IMG/VR virus record: IMGVR_UViG_3300032217_000845
Location: 32,001-96,000 of that record
Source: a virus
DNA length: 64,000 nucleotides
Reading direction: 5' to 3' (one strand)
Shown in pieces: positions 53,488-62,680 of this stretch. Under the pieces are notes generated by a model that did not search any database, had not been told where the DNA came from, and was given only the letters and a program-made list of their open reading frames with translations. Numbering within the stretch: the stretch's first letter is position 1; each line of letters starts with the position of its first letter. A program made the translations under genes and the position numbers.

Positions 53488-55296
53488 TTGGGCATTTTCA
53501 AGCGTGAATCTGGTAAACAGACACGTCAACCAACTTCTAATGGAGTTCGCGCTACCAATCCTGGTGCACGCCCATTAAATCCAGCACCACTCTATAGAGA
53601 CTCTTTTGGAGTTGTCTACCAGCAGCCACTACCTTTCAACGAGCCTCGACCTCTTACTGCAGCCGCTGCCCAAATCAAAATTGGTGACGTAGGAGAGGCT
53701 CAAGTCTTCAAATCTCGCCGTCAGTCGGCATCTTCTGCTTGGCAGAAGGAAGCTTGGGAGTATTACGACGCAATTGGTGAAATCAAGTACGCTTTTAACC
53801 TTGTTGCCTCTGTTGTCTCCCGTATTCGTCTTTACGCTGCCAGTATTGATGACCCAGCCGAGGCCCCTGTTACTGTACGCAAGTCAGAGGTGGTAAGTCC
53901 AGAGCTTGCAGCCGCAGCAGAGCGTGCTCTTGACCGACTTAACAGTGCTTACGGAGGTCAGTCAGGTCTTTTGAAGGACACTGCCCTAAATCTTCAGGTT
54001 ACTGGCGAATGCTACCTAGTTCAGGTTCCAGAGCGTATCGGAACTGGACTTCCAGAGTCATGGGACATTCGTAGCACCGACGAACTTCAAGTTGACGCCA
54101 AGGGTAACTACATGATTAACCCTCGCCGTGAAGTTGGCAATGGTGGTGGCAGCGTAATGTCTGCAGGTAACGCAGAAGTCATCAGACTGCCTAAGACAGC
54201 CTTCATTGGTCGTATCTGGAAGTCGCACCCACGTTACTCACAGGAGGCTGATAGCTCGCTACGTGGCCTTCTAGACCTATGTGCAGAACTACTACTCTTG
54301 AACCGCACATTCCGTGCAACGGCGCGTTCCCGTCTGAACGCTGGTGCCCTTTATCTTCCAGACGGTCTCTCTGTTGCAGCGTCTCCAGACCCTGACTACC
54401 CATACGACGAGAATGGTGTCTACAACGAGAAGTACAACCCTGAAGAGGCTGCCGACGACTTTGAAGACCAACTTATTGATGCAATGCTTACTCCTATTAA
54501 GGATGAAGACTCTGCCTCAGCTGTAGTCCCACTTATCATTCGTGGTCCTGCAGAACTTGGTGATAAGATTAAGCAGTTCAAGTTTGAGCGCAGCTTTGAC
54601 CCTGCTCTAGCAGAGCGCTCAGAGCGTGTCCTAGAACGCATCATGCAGGGACTAGACGTCCCTAAGGATATTGTTTCGGGTCTAGCTAACGTCAAGTATT
54701 CAAACGCTCTACAGATTGACGAGAGCCTCTACAAGGCACACATCGAGCCATTGATGTTGCTAATTGCAGATGCTGTAACAGTTGTCTACTTGCGCCCATA
54801 CCTAATCTCGATTGGCTACTCCGAAGCTGAAGTTAGCCGTCTTGTTATTTGGTATGACCCAAGCCAGGTTGCTACTCGTAATGACCGTGCAGCAGACGCA
54901 GACGCTGGTTTTGATAAGCTTGCAGTTTCTTACGACAGTTGGAGACGTGCTCACGGATTCTCAGACCAGGATGCTCCAGATGCAACTGAGCTTGCCCTGC
55001 GTTTGATTATCAACAAGGGTGCTATCACTCCAGAACTTACTGAAGCTATGCTCGGTGCCGTTTCTCCAGACCTTATGGAGAAGGTAAAGGGCGTTGCTCA
55101 GCAAAACTCGATTGCTCCTGTTCCGCCTGAGATTGAGCAGGCACTTAGTGGACAAGCACCAGGAGCTGCTCCTGAAGGAGCTCCAGCAACCGAAGCGGCT
55201 CCTCCTGGACTCGCTGAACCTGCACCAGCACAACCGACCGTAACAAACACCGAGGCTTCTCCACCCCCACCAGGGCTAGCCGAACCAAGCGCATAG
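53488..55296 (+). CDS. portal protein
   Basis: WQKEAWEYYDAIGEIKYA, NLQVTGECYL, RIWKSHP, RSRLNAG, GLDVP; lies downstream of TerL. Confidence 0.85.
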   Translation: MGIFKRESGKQTRQPTSNGVRATNPGARPLNPAPLYRDSFGVVYQQPLPFNEPRPLTAAAAQIKIGDVGEAQVFKSRRQSASSAWQKEAWEYYDAIGEIKYAFNLVASVVSRIRLYAASIDDPAEAPVTVRKSEVVSPELAAAAERALDRLNSAYGGQSGLLKDTALNLQVTGECYLVQVPERIGTGLPESWDIRSTDELQVDAKGNYMINPRREVGNGGGSVMSAGNAEVIRLPKTAFIGRIWKSHPRYSQEADSSLRGLLDLCAELLLLNRTFRATARSRLNAGALYLPDGLSVAASPDPDYPYDENGVYNEKYNPEEAADDFEDQLIDAMLTPIKDEDSASAVVPLIIRGPAELGDKIKQFKFERSFDPALAERSERVLERIMQGLDVPKDIVSGLANVKYSNALQIDESLYKAHIEPLMLLIADAVTVVYLRPYLISIGYSEAEVSRLVIWYDPSQVATRNDRAADADAGFDKLAVSYDSWRRAHGFSDQDAPDATELALRLIINKGAITPELTEAMLGAVSPDLMEKVKGVAQQNSIAPVPPEIEQALSGQAPGAAPEGAPATEAAPPGLAEPAPAQPTVTNTEASPPPPGLAEPSA

Positions 55297-55307
55297 GAAA
55301 ATAAAAC

Positions 55308-55799
55308 ATGGAGCACGACGCAATTTCTATTAATTTAACTTCTTCTAAAGGAAGTCCGGCACTAGCACAGGCACTGGCTAAGCTTCTTGGCTCGGTTGTT
55401 GTCTTCAAGTTCACAGCTCATGGCTTCCACTGGAACGTCAAGGGCAAGGACTTCCGCGAGTACCACGACTTCTTCGGGGCAATCTATGAAGACGTTGATG
55501 GCTCAATTGACCCAACAGCGGAGAACATTCTTAAGCTTGGCTACGATGCTCCATACATGCTAAGCGACTTTATTGAGCTATCATGCCTTGCTCCCCGAGA
55601 GCGTGTCACTACTGGCGACTGCCACCAGATGGCTCAAATTCTTGAGGCTGACAACGTTAAGTTGCTTCAGGAACTCGTTGGAGCTTTCGATATTGCTAAT
55701 AGCTGCAACGAACAGGGAGTTGCAAACTTCCTTGCAGAGCGTATTGACATGCACCAAAAGTGGCAGTGGCAACTACGAGCAACACTAAACATTCAGTAA
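55308..55799 (+). CDS. dps: Dps/ferritin-like DNA-binding protein
   Basis: HGFHWNVKGKDFREYHDFF...D..AE.I...H.KWQWQL. Confidence 0.92.
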   Translation: MEHDAISINLTSSKGSPALAQALAKLLGSVVVFKFTAHGFHWNVKGKDFREYHDFFGAIYEDVDGSIDPTAENILKLGYDAPYMLSDFIELSCLAPRERVTTGDCHQMAQILEADNVKLLQELVGAFDIANSCNEQGVANFLAERIDMHQKWQWQLRATLNIQ

Positions 55800-55818
55800 T
55801 CATTAGGTAGGAAACTAT

Positions 55819-56496
55819 ATGTCCGGATATCTGTCAGAAGTACTAACTGACGTCACTGCTACCACGGCTAGTGGCGGTACTGGTGTATCTGCACCCGTGC
55901 TGAAAGAGGGAGATATTCAGCCAGCAAAGAAGAGCCCCACTCTAAAGCCGAAGAAGGTTCAATTCTCTAAGGCAGTAGAATCTGCTCTAGCGCAGAAGTA
56001 CAAAGAATGCAGCACTGTTCTAAACGACGGGTCTAAAACTCCACAGCTTGATGCGTTCCGTGTAGTGTACCGAAGAGGAGCTAGCTCGTACGACAACGCT
56101 GACACTGGAACACTTAGCCGCCACGACTGGGCTATGGCAAGAGTCAATGCTTTCAGTGCTCTAGTTCAGGACGCTGCACTTGTAAGCTCTGCTTACAGTT
56201 CCGATGATGACTTGCTCCCTCCAACGCACTCACGTTCTAACGGAGCAACGCAGAACTATTCTGCTGACCTAACTGTCTCGATTCTCCCTGAGGACGAGTA
56301 CGAATCTCAGGAGCAGGCAATCTTTGCACTAGCAGAGTTGTCTGGTCTTGGCTATGAAACAATCCCCGCTATTCGTACCGCATGGGTACGAGCAGCTAAC
56401 AAAAATGAAAACCCATTTGAGCGTGCAGCAGTACTTGCTTCTGCTCTCTACGACAGCCCAGATGCTGACCTGCTCCCAAAGAAAGGTATTCTCTAA
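55819..56496 (+). CDS. head-region protein with VYRRG...WAMARVN domain
   Basis: Homologous to the internal domain of 5708-7078; D.DLLP motif twice. Confidence 0.7.
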   Translation: MSGYLSEVLTDVTATTASGGTGVSAPVLKEGDIQPAKKSPTLKPKKVQFSKAVESALAQKYKECSTVLNDGSKTPQLDAFRVVYRRGASSYDNADTGTLSRHDWAMARVNAFSALVQDAALVSSAYSSDDDLLPPTHSRSNGATQNYSADLTVSILPEDEYESQEQAIFALAELSGLGYETIPAIRTAWVRAANKNENPFERAAVLASALYDSPDADLLPKKGIL

Positions 56497-56498
56497 GA

Positions 56499-57644
56499 AT
56501 GAGCCAGACACCAGAAATTATTGAAACTAACGAAACGGTTGAAGAGTTGAAGCCAATCACTCGTCAGGAAGTCTCAGCGATGATTGCATCGGCTAACGAG
56601 TCAATCATTGACGATGTTCGTCAGGTACAGCCGAAGCTTGTGAACCAAGTTATCGAACGCACTTACCTAGATACTGAAGGTCTTCCAGTACGTTCACGTA
56701 ACTTTGCGATTCGTCGTGCAGTTACCAACTACATTGACCTACAGACCAAGGGTCTAGTTGCTAGTGCTGCCCCTAACCATACTGACCTACTAACCCCGGC
56801 TAACCCGTACTCAACTGCGGCTACAGTTTGGGACGAGGATACCCTACGTCAGAAGCGTGCCACATGGGCTGCAGCTGAGCCAGGCGTATCCGAAGAGCAC
56901 CGTGCACTTATTGCTGCTGCTTACATGCAGAAGCCAGGTTCGGTAGAAGCTCTTCACGCCGAGGTTCGTCTAACTGCCCTTACTGCTGGTGGTGCAATCC
57001 CTGCTCAGGTTCTAAACTACGGACACGCACTTACAGCTGGTGCAGCTGTCAACACTGCCCCTACTAATGACGAAATGTATGAGTACTACGAAGAGTCTCG
57101 CGCTGCGTTCCTAGAACTGCTAGATGCTCAGTCTGCTCTTACAGCGTCTGGCTCTGCTCCGTTTGACTGGAAGGGTGACCTTACTCGTCGCGTTTACCGT
57201 GGCGACACTCGTCACCAGATTCTTAGCCACCTAAGTCAAGACGAAGAGTTTGCTCAGAACGTACTACTGCTAAATGAAGACCTATCTGACACAGACATGT
57301 ACACCCGTGCAGGTCAAGCTCAGTTCCAAGTTTTCTATGACGCACTCTGTGAACTTGCGGATGCTCCTCAGGTTATTGACCTTCGTGAGCGTGCAGCTAA
57401 GGCTATCTCTAAGTATGACGAGACTGGCGAAATTGCTCAGGCAATTGTTGCTGGTGCTTCGACTAACCACGTCCTAAGCAAGCTTCACCAGCTTGAATCA
57501 TGGAACCTTGACAACGACTATCTAAACGTTGATAGCGAGTCAGATAGGGCTGCAGAATTTGCAGTAATCTATGAGTCAGTTCTCGATATCGATGGTGAGT
57601 CATACGACTATGACTCACTCAGAGAAGTACTTCCAGAGAAATAA
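56499..57644 (+). CDS. head-region hypothetical protein
   Basis: HTDLL...P motif; repeated LTAG/LTAS. Confidence 0.7.
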   Translation: MSQTPEIIETNETVEELKPITRQEVSAMIASANESIIDDVRQVQPKLVNQVIERTYLDTEGLPVRSRNFAIRRAVTNYIDLQTKGLVASAAPNHTDLLTPANPYSTAATVWDEDTLRQKRATWAAAEPGVSEEHRALIAAAYMQKPGSVEALHAEVRLTALTAGGAIPAQVLNYGHALTAGAAVNTAPTNDEMYEYYEESRAAFLELLDAQSALTASGSAPFDWKGDLTRRVYRGDTRHQILSHLSQDEEFAQNVLLLNEDLSDTDMYTRAGQAQFQVFYDALCELADAPQVIDLRERAAKAISKYDETGEIAQAIVAGASTNHVLSKLHQLESWNLDNDYLNVDSESDRAAEFAVIYESVLDIDGESYDYDSLREVLPEK

Positions 57645-57734
57645 CCTATTCAATAGTTCTATACACTTGTACTAGGTTAAAAACTTATTCGGGTACATTT
57701 GCCCGCTACCCTGAGACACATAAGAAGGAACACG

Positions 57735-60700
57735 ATGTCTGATTACCTAGACAGCCTTTACTCTGGCTTAAACGAAGAAAGCCTTACAGCGATTACTGCT
57801 GGTATTGGATTTAATGATGGAGCCAACAAAGGTTTCTGGCGCAAGCAGCCTCGCAAGAAGTGGGGTAAGGGCAAGGGTCAATGGATTGAGATGGGTGCAC
57901 GACTACGTGCCCTATTCAACATCAATGGTAAACTTCAAAGCGTTACTGGTCGCTCTGCTGGTTCTGATGGTACCCCTAACGGTGTTCGTTTCCGTCCAGA
58001 CCCTGGACAGCCTGGTGTAGACAGCAACCTACTCTACGGTGTTAACACTGCTCACCTAGAAGAGATTCAAGCTACCCTTCCAGACAACTATGTTGAGAGC
58101 AAGGGTCTTAACGCCAACCGTGAGCAGACTGGAACTGGCAGCGTAGTTTCTACCGCCAACATTCCAGACATAAATGATATGGAGACTGCTCCTGTAACTC
58201 CTGATGACATCAGAATGATTGAAGAGGGTGTCAACTCTAAAGAGGGTCAAGAAGCAGAGAACTTCAAGAACACTGACGAAGGTCAGCAAGTTGCCAGCTT
58301 AGATGACGTAGATGAGTCTGATGTTCTCACTGGCGAAGAAGTCAACCAGCTAGTTGACGGAAACGCTCCACGTAATCTGGCAGGTTATAAAGGTCTAAAA
58401 GAAACTTCTCCTGGAAGTGGAATTTGGGATTACAAAGAAGGTAAATATAACTACCGACTAAAGCAGAACAAAGCTGGACAATGGGAAATCTATGCTGATG
58501 GTGCTAACCCTGACTATGAATATGATACTCCTGCAGATAGACGTAACATGCGTTACATGTTTGAAAAACTTGATGCTGGAAGCTACAGCAGCGTGCAGGA
58601 CGCCATGGATAATTTCTTTGGCGCAGAGTACACCTCGAAGAAGTCTAAGAAATCTAACGAGGACGTCACCGAGCCAATCGCTGTCGTTACCAATCCAGAA
58701 GATGTAGCTGACCTCACCCTAGGTGAGACCCCTCTTATGGAAGCTGGTCTAGTCAAACATCCAGGAGAATATCCTGGCATAACAGAGTATTCAGACGGTG
58801 AAGGTGACCTAACCCCAGAAAATGCTACCTTCGGTCTCGAGAATCTAGGCGGAGGTAACTGGGAGTTTACTAACTACAAGACTGGTCAAATCTTCCCGAT
58901 AAAGGCTGACAATCTTGCAGATGCCGAAAGACAGCTGGCCGACTATCGTCTTGAAAGAGGCGATTTCGACCCAGCAGTTATTCAAGCCCGCAGTGATGAG
59001 GAAACAGCTAACGCTCGTGGATTCACTGAAACTATGCGTGGCAGCCTGCAAGGCATGAAGGGTCGCAATATCAAGGGTGGTTTTGCTAAGGCTTACCCTA
59101 ACGGAAGAACTGCAACCATTGTACAAGACGATGATGGTTCCTGGCACCTAGAAAAGCATGACGAGTTTAATGGTGGAATCCAAGAAACAAAGCGTTTTGA
59201 AGATGGCTACTTTAGCTCTGGATTAGACCAGGCCCTTGCAGAAGGTGACGCTTATCTAAACGAAGACATTGCTTTACCAATGACTCGTAAAGAGTTCGGT
59301 GATTACGTTGAGAATCGCTATGGCGATGCCGAGCGTAAAAAGCCGGCCTTCCTAGACGAAGCTGCCATAGACGAGGCTTTTCAAAGCTACTCTGACATGT
59401 ATAAAGAGAGTAAGGCAGACAACGGCTGGGTATCTAAAGACATGGACGCAGATGCGCGTTCTCAGGCATTCTCCGAAATGGATGACATGGCAGTGGCCGA
59501 AGAGAGAGACCCTCTAGGCGACGGTGGTTTTGACCAGCTAGTCAAAGATGCCATAGATGGTAAAGATGTAAGTCTAGATGGGCTGCTCAATGAAAAAAGC
59601 AAAATGGATGACCAAGACGGGGACGGTACTCCAGACGATGAAGACCCTGACTTCGACCCTGACCTAGAAGATACAGACCTAGAGCTTACTAGCGGTGACC
59701 AAGACCCTGAACTACTTAGGGATATTGTTCGCAAAGACCGCGATGAGGCAGAGAATGTCAACATTGGCGATGTAATCATGGGCCCTGATGGTATGCCTGT
59801 TCGTGTTAAGAGATACGACTGGGACGAGTCTGACTCTGACGAAGAGTCTCCTGGATTGACCATTACTGCTACCGATGCTAACGGTGAAGAAGTAGAGTTT
59901 TACAAGGGTCGCTACGACAGCGTTTACTACCCAGAGTTTGCACCAGAAGGTGCTGCTCCAAAGGCCAAGCCTGCTGATAAGCCGATTACTCCAGCTGATG
60001 CCACTCCAGCAACTCCTACCAGAGTTGCACCAGATAGCGCACTAGAGGTTGATGCTGGTCGAGTTCAGATTGGCGACAAGCTTTACAGTCCAGACGGTTC
60101 TACACTTCTTGGTGAAGTTACTCAGACTCGTAAGAAGGGCGGCAAGACTGAAGCCCGCCTGAGCCTAGATGGTAAGGACGAAGGCTTCCAAGAGCTTGGT
60201 CCAGTAAACCTAGTCGATAGAAACCCTAGCGTTAATGCTCAGAAGCAGGCAGAGAAAGACGCCAAGAAGGCTGAAGCAGCTCGTGTCAAGGCTGAGAAGA
60301 AAGCCGCTGACGAGAAGGCTGCAGCTGACAAGGCAGCAGCTATGAATGACCCACGCACAGACGAGGGTATCGAGAACCTAAAGGGTATCCTTGAAGCTGC
60401 TAATAACCCAGAGCGTCTTCAGCCTGCAATCGATGTTCTAAATGACCCTAGCCTAAGCAACGACGAGAAGGCTACTGCTCTTGTAGACGCTTTGACTACG
60501 AAACTTGGAATGCTGAATGGTACAGATGAACAGCGTCTGAATGCTCGTAAGGCAGAGCAGAAGGCTATGAAGATGCTAGAGGATGCTGGCATCCCTGGCT
60601 CTAGCCGAGAAGAGCGTCAATCTTCTGCGGCTGTACGTCGCTCTAGAAGCAACATTCAAGGAGACAGCAACCTTAAATTCCCTGAAAGTAACACTCTTGC

Positions 60701-62633
60701 TGCAGAAGTTGCTGACATGAAGAAGCGTCTAGACGCTGGAGAAGATGTTCCGCTTGCGGAAACTGACGCTTTGAATGACAAAATTGCTGCTCACCGTGAC
60801 CGTTTCTGGATGAAGGGCGACTCTAGCGGTAAGCCACTTCCAGGTGAGGCAGAGCGTGTTGATGAAGAGATTCGTAAGGCACAGCGTGAGGGTACTGCTC
60901 CAATCCCATTCGTAAGAAAAGATGGCTCGGAGATTCGTCCTGACGACAACACTGCTGGCACAGCTACTCCAGCTGCTCCTACAACTCCTGGAGCAACTTC
61001 AGCTCCTACAACTCCAGCAACTCCTACCCAGTACAAGACTCCTGCCCCAACTCCTAAGGCTCCAAAGCACCCTAAGCCTGTCAAGAAGAGCCCTAAGGCT
61101 AAGCCAATCGGCACTCCTGACGACGATGGTAAGCCTATCAAGGGTGACAACAAAACTGATGCAGATGTCGAAGCAATGCGTAACAGAAAACTGGAAAACG
61201 CTATCGATGCAGATGGTAACCCAGTTTATGCCAAGGACGTTAATGGGAACATCCTAACTGACAAGAAGGGCCGTCCAATTCCTCTACAGGATACAGACGC
61301 TATTCTTGCTGCTCTACGTGCAGACTACCCAGACGCCAAGCTAGACAACTTCGGTAACATTGTTGTCCACCGCGAGAAGTACAAGGCTGATGACGGCTCA
61401 GAGAAGATGTTTGAAGTCCTTGTTCACATGAACACTGGTGGTAAAATTGGTCTGTCAATGCGATTTACCGACCCAGCTACTGGCGAGGTAGAACACCTAA
61501 TCCACCACGATGAGCGTGACTCCTACATGGGTCTACACGGTAAGACAAACGGTATTCAAGCTCTTATCGATATCGTTCAGGGTAAGAAGCCTAACACCGA
61601 CCGTAAGACTGCTACCCGTGGATACAACACCGCTGGACTAACTGACTACCGTCAGCGTGCAGAATACTTTGTTCGCCAAGGCCGTCTGCTTACGCAGGGT
61701 CAGGTATGGGACAAGTACCTTTCAGGTATGGCTGAAGAAATTAACACCAGCATGGGCGGTAAGGGTAAGGCATATCTAACAAAGCGTAGAAGTGAAGTTG
61801 CTTCTGCTGCCGAGGCTCTTCGCCAAGGAGATAGAGAAACCTTCTTCCAGCGTGTTCGTGCTGCTGTTGGTCACACTCCTGTTCACCCTAGCCAGAGAGC
61901 GGAAATGCGTAAAGCAATCCGTGACTATCTAGAGCGTGAAATGCCTGCGATGTCAGCTAGAGAGCGTACAATTCTTGCTCAGTATGTTGACAGACACCTA
62001 ACCCGCCGTGGCGAACTAGTAGACCCTACTGGTAGAGATGTTCCATTTGTTTCTCGCGAAACAAGAAAGCTCGAGCCAGGCCTTTGGGTTGACTACGTAA
62101 ACAACTTCGGTGAGAAATCTCGTGGTCGAGTAGTTAGCCTAGACGAGCCTCAGCTAAACGATGCTGGAACTGAGTACTATGACAACGTAACTATAGAGTT
62201 TGCTAACGGAGAGCGAGTCTCTATGCTTACTTCACAGAACATGATTCCAGTTCCTCCGAAAGAACAGGCTAAGGCTGCTCCATCTAAGTACATTAAGAAT
62301 GTTCAGGGTGAAGAGATGCGTCGTCGTCGTAGGGAGCAGCTTGGAATTACCGCAGCTAGAACTACTGGTGTTCTAAGATTCCTAGAAGATGTTAAAGCAG
62401 AAGAAGCCGAAATGGCAGAAAACGCTAACAAGACTGGTGGCAAGATTGAAGACCTCGGTGCTGGAGATACTCTCTTCAGCAAGGATGGTGACCCTCTAGG
62501 TCCAATCATCGAGAAGATTCCTATTGTTGGTAAGAGTGGTAACCCAGGTTACGCTGTTATCTTTGAAAATGCCGATGGTGAAGAAGTTCAGGTTCGTCTA
62601 CCTCTAGGAGAGTTCCGCGGCCCAAAAGCGTAA
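57735..62633 (+). CDS. giant virion-associated (minor head or ejected) protein
   Basis: AAGGA RBS; N-terminal QPR....GQWIEMG; acidic, with SH3/KOW-like 'IGD.I' modules and a DxDGDGxPD motif. Confidence 0.75.
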   Translation: MSDYLDSLYSGLNEESLTAITAGIGFNDGANKGFWRKQPRKKWGKGKGQWIEMGARLRALFNINGKLQSVTGRSAGSDGTPNGVRFRPDPGQPGVDSNLLYGVNTAHLEEIQATLPDNYVESKGLNANREQTGTGSVVSTANIPDINDMETAPVTPDDIRMIEEGVNSKEGQEAENFKNTDEGQQVASLDDVDESDVLTGEEVNQLVDGNAPRNLAGYKGLKETSPGSGIWDYKEGKYNYRLKQNKAGQWEIYADGANPDYEYDTPADRRNMRYMFEKLDAGSYSSVQDAMDNFFGAEYTSKKSKKSNEDVTEPIAVVTNPEDVADLTLGETPLMEAGLVKHPGEYPGITEYSDGEGDLTPENATFGLENLGGGNWEFTNYKTGQIFPIKADNLADAERQLADYRLERGDFDPAVIQARSDEETANARGFTETMRGSLQGMKGRNIKGGFAKAYPNGRTATIVQDDDGSWHLEKHDEFNGGIQETKRFEDGYFSSGLDQALAEGDAYLNEDIALPMTRKEFGDYVENRYGDAERKKPAFLDEAAIDEAFQSYSDMYKESKADNGWVSKDMDADARSQAFSEMDDMAVAEERDPLGDGGFDQLVKDAIDGKDVSLDGLLNEKSKMDDQDGDGTPDDEDPDFDPDLEDTDLELTSGDQDPELLRDIVRKDRDEAENVNIGDVIMGPDGMPVRVKRYDWDESDSDEESPGLTITATDANGEEVEFYKGRYDSVYYPEFAPEGAAPKAKPADKPITPADATPATPTRVAPDSALEVDAGRVQIGDKLYSPDGSTLLGEVTQTRKKGGKTEARLSLDGKDEGFQELGPVNLVDRNPSVNAQKQAEKDAKKAEAARVKAEKKAADEKAAADKAAAMNDPRTDEGIENLKGILEAANNPERLQPAIDVLNDPSLSNDEKATALVDALTTKLGMLNGTDEQRLNARKAEQKAMKMLEDAGIPGSSREERQSSAAVRRSRSNIQGDSNLKFPESNTLAAEVADMKKRLDAGEDVPLAETDALNDKIAAHRDRFWMKGDSSGKPLPGEAERVDEEIRKAQREGTAPIPFVRKDGSEIRPDDNTAGTATPAAPTTPGATSAPTTPATPTQYKTPAPTPKAPKHPKPVKKSPKAKPIGTPDDDGKPIKGDNKTDADVEAMRNRKLENAIDADGNPVYAKDVNGNILTDKKGRPIPLQDTDAILAALRADYPDAKLDNFGNIVVHREKYKADDGSEKMFEVLVHMNTGGKIGLSMRFTDPATGEVEHLIHHDERDSYMGLHGKTNGIQALIDIVQGKKPNTDRKTATRGYNTAGLTDYRQRAEYFVRQGRLLTQGQVWDKYLSGMAEEINTSMGGKGKAYLTKRRSEVASAAEALRQGDRETFFQRVRAAVGHTPVHPSQRAEMRKAIRDYLEREMPAMSARERTILAQYVDRHLTRRGELVDPTGRDVPFVSRETRKLEPGLWVDYVNNFGEKSRGRVVSLDEPQLNDAGTEYYDNVTIEFANGERVSMLTSQNMIPVPPKEQAKAAPSKYIKNVQGEEMRRRRREQLGITAARTTGVLRFLEDVKAEEAEMAENANKTGGKIEDLGAGDTLFSKDGDPLGPIIEKIPIVGKSGNPGYAVIFENADGEEVQVRLPLGEFRGPKA

Positions 62634-62680
62634 AGGCTTCTGAGCCAACGTCTCGGGATGCCGAGGCATCCTCAGAGGCC
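62621..62680 (+). other. predicted -1 programmed ribosomal frameshift signal
   Basis: In-frame C CCA AAA heptamer at 62621-62627, 7 nt spacer, stem GGCTTCTGAG/CTCAGAGGCC. Confidence 0.75.
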
